From NCBI GenBank assembly GCA_033763695.1, contig JANRKB010000031.1, positions 81 to 64,080 on the forward strand: a DNA stretch of 64,000 nt, in the 5' to 3' direction. The DNA comes from Planctomycetota bacterium (lineage in GTDB: Bacteria; Planctomycetota; Phycisphaerae; Phycisphaerales; UBA1924). A model generated the notes under the pieces. The model was not told where the DNA came from. It did no database searches and saw only the letters and a program-made list of their open reading frames with translations. The position numbers and the translations under genes were made by a program. Positions 36,124-44,172 of the stretch are shown in pieces; the stretch's first letter is position 1; each line of letters opens with the position of its first letter.

Positions 36124-37035
36124 TTGATCACTCGTTCTGTCGCTCGTCTTGCGCACGCCGCCGTCGCTGCGTCGATTCTGCTCTGCGCCGCCGGCTCGCC
36201 CGCGCTGGCGGGCCCCGCCGATGCCGCGGCGGGTGAGTATGGCTCGCTGCTCAAGCGCACGTCCACCACGCTCGTCACCGTCAAGTTCATCCTCAAGGTG
36301 AGCGGCCAGGGCATGGAGGACGAGAAGGAAAACGAAACCACTGGCCTCATGATCGAGGGCGACGGGCTGGTGCTTGCCTCCAACACGCAGACCGGCGGCA
36401 TCAACGAACTGATGAAGCAGTACGTTCGCCAGGGCTACTCGATCCAGCCCAAGGACATCAAGATCCTCGTCGGCGATGACAACGAGGGCGTCGATGCCAA
36501 GGTGATCGCGCGCGACAGCGAGCTTGACTTGGCGTGGATCAAGATCCAGAAGGCGCCCGAGAAGCCGTATGAGTTCATTGATCTCTCCAAGCACGCGACG
36601 CCGTCGCTGGGCGATCGCCTGCTCGCGGTGGAGCGCATGGGCAAGTTCTTTGATCGCGCCCCGCTCGTGGTGGAAGGCCGCCTGGGTGGCATCGTCAGCA
36701 AGCCGCGCTCGCTGTACATCCCCGCGTCGGACCTGGTCAGCACCCTGGGGCTGCCGATCTTCACCGCCGGCGGCGAACTGGTGGGCATCAGCATCCTGCA
36801 GCTGCCCAGCGCTGAAGAGAGCGAAGAGGGCGGGCGCTCGCTGGTCGGTCGCGCTGGCGGCGGCACGATCCTGCCCGCAGCCGAGGTGATCGCCGCGACC
36901 GAGCGGGCCAAGGCCGCCGCGGCCGCCGGCAAGCCTGTGGAGGGTGAGGCCGTCGAAGGCGAGAAGAGCGAAGGCGAGAAGAAGGACGCCGAGGGCGAAA
37001 AGGCGACGGAAGAGAAGCCCGGCGAGATGAAGTAA
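36124..37035 (+). CDS. secreted trypsin-like (S1C/HtrA-fold) pseudo-protease lacking catalytic His and Ser, with acidic Glu/Lys-rich C-terminal tail
   Basis: It aligns to the HtrA protease domain. The Asp context is conserved (DLAWIKI). The His position reads ASNTQTG, and GNSGG is replaced by FTAGG. TTG start with GGAG upstream. The tail is EGEAVEGEKSEGEKKDAEGEKATEEKPGEMK. Confidence 0.5.
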   Translation: MITRSVARLAHAAVAASILLCAAGSPALAGPADAAAGEYGSLLKRTSTTLVTVKFILKVSGQGMEDEKENETTGLMIEGDGLVLASNTQTGGINELMKQYVRQGYSIQPKDIKILVGDDNEGVDAKVIARDSELDLAWIKIQKAPEKPYEFIDLSKHATPSLGDRLLAVERMGKFFDRAPLVVEGRLGGIVSKPRSLYIPASDLVSTLGLPIFTAGGELVGISILQLPSAEESEEGGRSLVGRAGGGTILPAAEVIAATERAKAAAAAGKPVEGEAVEGEKSEGEKKDAEGEKATEEKPGEMK

Positions 37036-37070
37036 CGCGCGCCACCGCTCGGATCGACACGCACTCACAC

Positions 37071-37105
37071 GCCTCCCGACATGGGGGGCGTTTTCATTTC
37101 GTGGA
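37071..37105 (+). terminator. rho-independent terminator after the pseudo-protease gene
   Basis: ACGCCTCCC-gacat-GGGGGGCGT stem (one G-U pair) followed by TTTTCATTTCG. Confidence 0.5.
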
Positions 37106-37146
37106 CGCGTTGTCGTCTGTTGGTTTGGCTGACTGCCGCCCGGTAC

Positions 37147-38313
37147 TCAGTGCGCGAACTTTGTGTACATCTGCATCGTGAGTTCCGCGACTTTGGGCCA
37201 GGTGAAGCGCTCGCGGACGAGGCGTGCGCCCGCCTCGCCCATGCGGCGAGCGGTGTCGTCGTCGGAAAGCACGCGCGTGAGCGCGGCACCGGTGGCGCTC
37301 GCGTCACAGGGGACGACGCATCCCGCGCCGACCTCGGCGACTTCGGGGAAGTGGCATTGGTCGCTGATCACGACCGGCGTGCCGCAGGCGAGGGCTTCGG
37401 TGACGGCGACGCTGAAGCCTTCCTGTCTGCTGGGGAGGCAGAAGGCGGCGGCGTCGACGAAAGCCGCGATCTTGTCTGTGCCATAGACCGGGCCGACGAC
37501 ATGCGTGCGATCGCTGAGACCCAGGCGGGCGATCTGCTGCACGAAGGGGTCGCGTGCGCCGTCGTCGGGGCCGGCGACGACCAGCCGCAGGTGCGGCATT
37601 GACTTGGTGGCGATCGCGAACGCATCGGCGAGGTAATCCAGGCCCTTTTTGAAGTGCAGGCGGCTCAGGAAGAGGACGTAGGGATCGTCGGCGAGCGCGG
37701 CGTGCTTGGCGCGGAATGAGCCGCGCGGCGGGAGCGGCTCGATCTCGTTGAGGAAGACGCCGTTAGGGATGACGGCGGTGCGCGGGTTGAGCCCAAGCAG
37801 GCCCACGAGGCGATCTTCGTCGGCGTTGAGCACGTGGAGGAAGGAGGCGTTGCGGATCAGCGCGCCGAAGCCGAGGCGGAGCGCGATCTTCTTCTTGAGG
37901 GCGCGCTGGGCGAGCGACCAGGGGTCGAGCATGCCGTGCGGCACGAGGGCGTACGGGACGCCGGCGCGACGGGCGGCCTTGGCGGCGTGGATGAGCAGGG
38001 TGTCCCAGATGCCGTGGAGGTGCAGGTATGTGCCGCGGGCGAGGCGGGGCTCGAGGAACGCGCGAACATCGGAGCCCGTGAAGCGGGCGAGGCGCGAGGG
38101 CGGTGGCAGGGAGTGGACGGCGACGCGATCAAAGCCGGGGATCGGCGCGACCGAACGTGCGGTGCGCTCGGCGGCGGCGGGGTCGGCGTAGGCGAGGATG
38201 CCGACCTCGTGGCCGAGTGCGGCCTGGGCGGCGGCGAGGCGCGTGACCACGGCGGGTGGGCCGCCCTGGGCGGGGTCGAGGGAGGTCACAACGTGGAGGA
38301 TCTTCATCGACAT
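37147..38313 (-). CDS. glycosyltransferase family 4 (GT-B, retaining)
   Basis: EX7E motif region PSRQEGFSVAVTEALACGTPVV. An N-terminal GT4 domain is present. Confidence 0.9.
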   Translation of the reverse strand: MSMKILHVVTSLDPAQGGPPAVVTRLAAAQAALGHEVGILAYADPAAAERTARSVAPIPGFDRVAVHSLPPPSRLARFTGSDVRAFLEPRLARGTYLHLHGIWDTLLIHAAKAARRAGVPYALVPHGMLDPWSLAQRALKKKIALRLGFGALIRNASFLHVLNADEDRLVGLLGLNPRTAVIPNGVFLNEIEPLPPRGSFRAKHAALADDPYVLFLSRLHFKKGLDYLADAFAIATKSMPHLRLVVAGPDDGARDPFVQQIARLGLSDRTHVVGPVYGTDKIAAFVDAAAFCLPSRQEGFSVAVTEALACGTPVVISDQCHFPEVAEVGAGCVVPCDASATGAALTRVLSDDDTARRMGEAGARLVRERFTWPKVAELTMQMYTKFAH

Positions 38314-38427
38314 CAGAGTGCTTTCATCGGCGAGGAGCGGGGGTCAAGGGTATTCGGAGCGGGGGCAAAAGTGACGCACCGCCCGAGAGAAGCGGGCGGT
38401 GCGCTGGTGAAGGGTTGTGAGCGTGGC

Positions 38428-39945
38428 TTACCTGGGAGCCTGGACGATCACGCCGCGATAGACACGGACGCGAGCAGGCGAGGCGGAGGTCGTCTTGGGA
38501 GCGACGCGTGCGGCAGGCTTGGCGGGTGCGGCGGTGATGGCGCGCCGCATGCCGTAGCCGTAGGCGGCGTTGGTGCCGAAGCGGGGGGTCACGCCGCGGT
38601 TTGCAGAGCCGGAGCCCGAGCCACCTGAGCCGGAGCCGCTGCCGCCCGAAGCGCCGGGCGACGAGCCGCCGCTGCCCGAGCCGCCACCCGAACCGCCGCC
38701 GGAACCGCCGCCGGAACCGTTGTTGCTGGCGAGCGAACCGCCGCCGGAGCCCGAGCCGCCCGAGCCGCTGTTGGCGCTGCCGCCGCCCGAGCCACCGCCA
38801 CTGCCGCCACCGGCGCCTGCACCACTGCCAGCTCCGGCGGGGGCGGCGCAGGTGCGTGCCGCGACGGGTGCGAAGCGATTGAGCATGTAGTCGTTGAGCT
38901 TGCCGAAGTACTCGGGCGAGTCGATCCAGTCCCAGACGATGACGCCGTCGGCACCCTCAGCCTTGGGGATCTCGAGCATCTGGCGGGTGTTGACGTCGTT
39001 GAGCATCTTGCCCTTGTTGACGGTGGAGTCGTGGTACTGAGACCAGACGAAGGCGTAGACGGGCTTACCCTTGGCGACGCGGACGGCCTCGCGGAGCATC
39101 GAGCGGACATAGCCCGCGTGGTCGGTGGCGGCGTCCTCGGCCTTCTTGTTGTCGGGGCGACGGCCCTCAACCGAGTAGTAGAAGGTGTAGACGTCGCTGA
39201 AGAAGGCGTCCTGGAGATCCCAGAGCCAGGCCAGCTCGGTGTCGTTCATCGCCTGATAGTCGGCGTACTTCTTGGCATCAAACTGCACCCAGTACGAGCG
39301 CATCGGCATCGCGAAGACGCCCCACTTCATGTTCGGGCGGAGGCGCTTGCACTCCTTGATCGTCTGCTCGAAGTAGTCGCGGGTGGTGCTCAGCCAGGTC
39401 TGCTTGAAGACCTCTTCCTGAGCGGCGGCGTTCTTGCCGGCGAGGAGCTGCGGCTGGGTGCTGCGGACGTGGTTGCGCCAGGCGTCCTTGATGTTGAGTT
39501 TCTCGCCGCCGTTGCGGAGCGTGTAGACCGTCTCGGGGAACATGGTCCAGAAGGGGAGCCATGTCTCGTAGTCGATGACGGCGAGGCCGGTGGCGTTGGG
39601 ATCGGGGATCTTGGCGGCGACGTCCTTACGCACCTTGGCGAGGTGCAGGGACATGAAGTTCGAGTCCTGCGCGACGAGGTGCGGGCCCTCGGCGGGGAAG
39701 TTGCCGAACTGGTGCTCGTAGAAGATCGTGACGTCCTTCTTGACGTCAACGCCGGGGACGTTGATCTCATTGGCCCAGGTGGTGCCCGACTTGGAGATCA
39801 CGGCCCAGTGGGCGGTGAAGGGCTTGGTGCCCGCGCCGGAGCCTTGAGCGAGCGCCGGCGTGGCGAGGCCGGCCAGACCGACGAGCGAGGACGCCGCAAG
39901 GGCGAGCCACGCACGAGTGGAGATGGACTTGCTCGCAGACATCAT
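38428..39945 (-). CDS. secreted protein with glycoside hydrolase family 56 (hyaluronidase/hyaluronoglucosaminidase)-like domain, Gly/Ser-rich linker and basic C-terminal tail
   Basis: Signal peptide MMSASKSISTRAWLALAASSLVGLAGLATPALAQ, with GGAGGG 4 nt upstream. GLAVIDYETWLPFW matches the GH56 catalytic motif AVIDWE.WRP.W. NMKWGVFAMPMRSYW resembles LWGFYGFP. Confidence 0.5.
   Translation of the reverse strand: MMSASKSISTRAWLALAASSLVGLAGLATPALAQGSGAGTKPFTAHWAVISKSGTTWANEINVPGVDVKKDVTIFYEHQFGNFPAEGPHLVAQDSNFMSLHLAKVRKDVAAKIPDPNATGLAVIDYETWLPFWTMFPETVYTLRNGGEKLNIKDAWRNHVRSTQPQLLAGKNAAAQEEVFKQTWLSTTRDYFEQTIKECKRLRPNMKWGVFAMPMRSYWVQFDAKKYADYQAMNDTELAWLWDLQDAFFSDVYTFYYSVEGRRPDNKKAEDAATDHAGYVRSMLREAVRVAKGKPVYAFVWSQYHDSTVNKGKMLNDVNTRQMLEIPKAEGADGVIVWDWIDSPEYFGKLNDYMLNRFAPVAARTCAAPAGAGSGAGAGGGSGGGSGGGSANSGSGGSGSGGGSLASNNGSGGGSGGGSGGGSGSGGSSPGASGGSGSGSGGSGSGSANRGVTPRFGTNAAYGYGMRRAITAAPAKPAARVAPKTTSASPARVRVYRGVIVQAPR
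38590..38860 (-). repeat. simple coding repeat encoding a (GSGGG/GSGSG)n flexible linker
   Basis: Tandem ggagccgctgcc/gccgccgga-type units across ~270 nt. The protein reads GAGSGAGAGGGSGGGSGGGSANSGSGGSGSGGGS.... Confidence 0.6.
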
Positions 39946-40359
39946 CGAACCCTCCTGCCAGTTCCGTCGCACCTGTCGAGGTGCATCAGGATCAACTTCG
40001 ATAATCCGTTGTTCGGAGGCAAGGCGTCGTGGTTGCCTTTTCGAGAAGTGCGGGGTTTGGAACCGGATGCGCGGTTTATGCCGACGTTGGCACGGCCCAA
40101 GCCCCGACGTCCGAAGATCCTACGAACACGGCATTGGACGGGATCGGCCGTTCTTGCAACAAACTGAGGCGGCAGGGTTTGCAAGGTAGGAAAGCGGCTG
40201 TCGTGCGAGTCTCTGTGCAGGCCATAGCGCCGAAGGCCGATCTTTCTCGGTCCGGCGCGAACCAGACCGGCGCGGATGAAGAATAGGATGAGCGGGTTTG
40301 GATTTGGAACGGGAGCGGGACGCGCCTGCGAGCGCTGACCGAAGGATGACGCGGCAGAC

Positions 40360-41745
40360 ATGACAGCGGCCATTGGATATATCCTGTTGCTGGCGGTGGG
40401 CGTGGGCCTGCTGTACACGCTGAAGCAGCCGCGCTGGGCGTTCATGCTCATCGTGATGCAGTTCCCGCTGAAGCAGCTGCTGCAGTCGTATTCGCCGTTC
40501 CTGGTGCAGCAGAGCGCGCTGGTCAACATCGCGATCATGTTGGTGGCGTGCGGCGCGTTGATGGTGCGCGTCTTCAGGCGTGAGCCAGTGACGTTTGGCG
40601 CACGAAACCCGGTGAGTTACTGCATTGGTGGAATGTATCTGCTGGGCACCTTCGGGCTGTTCTACACGCCCGTGTTTGACAACGCGTCGAGCCTGATGTG
40701 GAGCGGCCTGCCGTACTACATCGAGATGCTCATCGTGCTGCCGCTGCTGCTTCTGGATCTGCGCGATTTCCGGCGGATGCTGACGGGCATGATGGCGTTC
40801 GGCATCATCATCGCCGCGCTGATTTTCGTGAACCCGGCGGCCAAGGTGACGAGCGAACGACTGGTGATCGACCTGGGTCAGGGCCTGGGCGTTTCGAACC
40901 TCAAGAGCAATCCGCTGGCGCTGGCTGAGATGGGCGGCCTGATCGCGCTGATTGCGGCGCTGATCGTCTATGAAGGCAAGAGCCAGATCCTGATCGTGCT
41001 GCGCGTGGGCGCGTTCCTGGCCGGGCTGGGCCTGGCGATCGCGTCGGGTTCGCGCGGGCAGGTGATCGCGGCGACGCTCATGGCGGTGCTGTTCTATCCC
41101 GCGGCACGCAAGGTGAAGGACATCAAGCAGTTCTTCCTGCTGGTGGTGGGCCTGGGGTTCCTGGGCGTCGTCATGTTCGCGACGTTCAAGCTGTTCATCA
41201 GCCACGACAACGCGGCACGCTGGGACATCGGGCTGATGCTCGAATCGCTGCGAGAGCGGCAGGGCCGCGTGGGCATGCTGCTCAGCGCGTTTGTGTCCAA
41301 TCCGCAGAGCTGGATCCAGGGGCTGGGCACCAACTACTTCAGCTACATCACGGGCACGGACTACGACTATTGCCACAACATCTTTGTGGAGATCTCCACC
41401 GAGAACGGCCTGATCGGCTGCACGCTCTATGTCGCGACGCTGTGGTTCACGATCAAGGAATGCCGTCGCCTGTTCGCCCTGCACAAGGATGATCCGTCGA
41501 TGCGATCGACGGCAGCCTTGCTGATCGCGATCTTCGGCTACAACCTGTTCCTCTCGCTCAAGCAGGGGTGCATGTGGACGATCCCCGCGCCGTGGTACTG
41601 GTGCCTGATCATCGCCAAGTTGAGCCGCTACGAGCAGGCGGTGGCGGTGTGGCAGTATCAGCAGGCGTATGAGTACACGCTGCCCGCGGAGGATCAGTAT
41701 CCGATGGCCGAGGGCTACGGCGAAGACCCCGTGCCGGCCCGCTGA
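40360..41745 (+). CDS. O-antigen ligase/polymerase (Wzy/WaaL) family polytopic membrane protein
   Basis: About 10-12 TM helices. Periplasmic loop has AIASGSRGQVIAATLMAVLFY (Wzy_C-like) and HNIFVEISTENGLIG. Confidence 0.7.
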   Translation: MTAAIGYILLLAVGVGLLYTLKQPRWAFMLIVMQFPLKQLLQSYSPFLVQQSALVNIAIMLVACGALMVRVFRREPVTFGARNPVSYCIGGMYLLGTFGLFYTPVFDNASSLMWSGLPYYIEMLIVLPLLLLDLRDFRRMLTGMMAFGIIIAALIFVNPAAKVTSERLVIDLGQGLGVSNLKSNPLALAEMGGLIALIAALIVYEGKSQILIVLRVGAFLAGLGLAIASGSRGQVIAATLMAVLFYPAARKVKDIKQFFLLVVGLGFLGVVMFATFKLFISHDNAARWDIGLMLESLRERQGRVGMLLSAFVSNPQSWIQGLGTNYFSYITGTDYDYCHNIFVEISTENGLIGCTLYVATLWFTIKECRRLFALHKDDPSMRSTAALLIAIFGYNLFLSLKQGCMWTIPAPWYWCLIIAKLSRYEQAVAVWQYQQAYEYTLPAEDQYPMAEGYGEDPVPAR

Positions 41746-41799
41746 CGCGTCCGTGAATCCGCAGCGGTATCCTGATCAGGACGTCCGAGGGTGTGACGG

Positions 41800-44172
41800 G
41801 TGCGCGGTCGCGTGCCGGTGCGCTTGGCGTTGGAGGCTGGCCGCGGCGTGCCCTGGTTTGTTCATCCATCTCTGGCCTTGCTCGGCGCCGGTCTGGTCGG
41901 CGTGCCGATCCTGATCCACATCCTGATGCGTCGTCGTCGCAAGCCGGTGGCGTGGGGCGCGATGCGATTTGTCATTCAGGCGTATCAGCAGCAGCGGCGG
42001 CGGCTGCGCTTTGAGCAGTGGCTGCTGCTCGCGGCGCGCTGTCTGCTGGTGCTGCTGATCGCGCTGGCGCTTGCGCGGCCGATGCTCGGGGCGGCAGCAC
42101 CGCTCATCGCGCGTGCAAGTCGCACGGCATACATCCTGATTGATAATGGGCTGGCGTCCGAGGCCCGCATCAACGGCGCGACGGCACTGGAAGAGATGAA
42201 GGCGCAGGCGCGGGCCGTGCTCTCGACGCTTGATGCGTCGCGGGGTGATCGTGCCGCGCTGGTGGCGCTGGGTGCGCCGGCGGATGCCGTTGTTGCCGCG
42301 CCGACGCAGGACTTGGCCGCGGTGCGTGCGGCGATCGACGCGTTGCCGGCGACGGCCGGACCGACCGACCTGACCGGCGGGCTGGATGCGGTGCGCAGCG
42401 GGCTGACGCGTGATGGCACGCGTCCGGATGCCTCGGGGCTGAACATCGTCGTGCTGTCGCCGTGGCGCGTCGGATCGCTCGATGCGCGGCGTGCGGGTGC
42501 GGCGTCCGCCGCGGCATCGTCGTCGGTGCTGCTGCCTGTGCTCGCCTCGACGCCCTCCGAGGCGGCGCTCGAGAACGTCGCGATTACAAGTGCCGCGCCG
42601 CTGCGATCGGTCATCATCGGCGCGCGCGAGTCACGCACGGCGACCGAGGCCGTACGTGTGACCCTCACGCGGAGCGGCACCGGCGTCGGGCGCGAGCTCA
42701 GCGTGCGCGTGCGGCTGTCCTTTGTCGGGCGCAGCGGTGCCGGACCCGCGCAGACAGTGACGGCACGTTTCGAGGCGGGGCGAGCAACGTGTGAAGCAAC
42801 CGCGAGCGTCGATGTGCCCGCGCTGGCGGACGATGCCTTCGGCGTGACACTGCTGGCAACGCTCGAGGCGGATGCCGGCGCGAACGCGATCGCGGGTGAC
42901 GATGTTTATCGCCAGCCGGTGCCTGCGCGGCAGCGGTTGCGGGTCGCGCTCGTTGCGCCAGCGTCGAGCAGCCCGCGAACGGCCGCGGATTTCGAGGCGG
43001 CGGATTGGCTCGCGCTCTCGCTCTCGCCGGGCGGCGGCGATGCGCCGAATGCCGATCTGCGCGTGTCGCGGCTTGATCCGCGCTCGCTCAGCGCGGCGGA
43101 TGTCTTGGCGCAGGATGCGATCCTGGTGCCGCGACCCGATCTCCTCGATGACAACGCGTGGAAGATGTGCCGTCGCGCGGTGGATGGCGGCGCGCTGCTG
43201 CTGGTGACGCCACCGGCTGCGGCGGGTGCACAGTTGTGGACGGATGCGATGACCGCGGGGCTGGGCGTGCCGTGGAAGTTCTCGCGCGATCCGCGTGCAC
43301 TCACGCCGGCGGCGCAGATTGGAAGTGGTCAGCCTGGGAGCGCGAGTGCCAGTGGCGTGCTGGCGCTTCTTGCTGGGGAACTCATCGAACTGGCGAAGCC
43401 CGTGCAGGTGTCGCGCGTGCTTGATGTGCAAGTCGAGGATTCAGAGGTGCCGCTGCGTCTGAGCGACGGCACGCCGCTGCTCGTGCTTGCACGCGGCGTC
43501 CGAGCCGACGGCGGCGTCTCGAGCGGCATGGTCGCGCTCTTGGCCACGGCACCGGATCTGTCGTGGACGACGTTGCCCGCGATGCCCTTGATGGTGCCGC
43601 TGATGCAGGAACTTGTGCGGCAGGGTGTTGGGCAGGCGGCGGGCCGCACGACGACGACGGCGGGAGCGGCGTTGGTCGCGGGTCCGGGCATTGCCGAACT
43701 GATCCGCGTGGATGAGGCTGCGGGCGGTACGCCAAGTGAGAGTCCGCGCGAGACGCTCTCACCGGGCGGCACGCCGCGGTTTGCAGGGCTTTATCGCGGC
43801 GCGGACGCGGCGGGGATTACGCGATCGCTGATTGCGGTGAACCCCGATCCTGCGGGCGGACGTGTGGAGGCGCAGAGTCGGGCCGAGGTGCAGGCCGCAC
43901 TGGCGGCGCTGGGCGCGAATGTCGCATGGTTTGCGCCCGAGAGTGGAGACAGCGCTCCGGATCTCGCAAAGGCGATTGGCAACGCGTCGGAGAACGCCGG
44001 CGCATCGTGGCACGTGCCCGCGTTGATCGCGGCTCTTCTGCTGGTGCTGGGTGAGCTTGCGCTGGCGCGGCTCGCGAGTCACGCGCGGATCTTGAAGCCC
44101 GCGAACATCGGGTCGGGGCTGACTGCAAGCCAGACGCGGCCGCACGGTGCGGGAGAGGAGCGCGTCGCGTGA
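41800..44172 (+). CDS. BatA-like protein with N-terminal double-transmembrane domain (TIGR02226-type)
   Basis: N-terminus PWFVHPSLALLGAGLVGVPILIHILMRRRRKPVAWGAMRFV is the signature double-TM anchor. It is followed by a large extracytoplasmic region. The start codon is ambiguous (GTG at 41800 or 41848). Confidence 0.6.
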   Translation: MRGRVPVRLALEAGRGVPWFVHPSLALLGAGLVGVPILIHILMRRRRKPVAWGAMRFVIQAYQQQRRRLRFEQWLLLAARCLLVLLIALALARPMLGAAAPLIARASRTAYILIDNGLASEARINGATALEEMKAQARAVLSTLDASRGDRAALVALGAPADAVVAAPTQDLAAVRAAIDALPATAGPTDLTGGLDAVRSGLTRDGTRPDASGLNIVVLSPWRVGSLDARRAGAASAAASSSVLLPVLASTPSEAALENVAITSAAPLRSVIIGARESRTATEAVRVTLTRSGTGVGRELSVRVRLSFVGRSGAGPAQTVTARFEAGRATCEATASVDVPALADDAFGVTLLATLEADAGANAIAGDDVYRQPVPARQRLRVALVAPASSSPRTAADFEAADWLALSLSPGGGDAPNADLRVSRLDPRSLSAADVLAQDAILVPRPDLLDDNAWKMCRRAVDGGALLLVTPPAAAGAQLWTDAMTAGLGVPWKFSRDPRALTPAAQIGSGQPGSASASGVLALLAGELIELAKPVQVSRVLDVQVEDSEVPLRLSDGTPLLVLARGVRADGGVSSGMVALLATAPDLSWTTLPAMPLMVPLMQELVRQGVGQAAGRTTTTAGAALVAGPGIAELIRVDEAAGGTPSESPRETLSPGGTPRFAGLYRGADAAGITRSLIAVNPDPAGGRVEAQSRAEVQAALAALGANVAWFAPESGDSAPDLAKAIGNASENAGASWHVPALIAALLLVLGELALARLASHARILKPANIGSGLTASQTRPHGAGEERVA

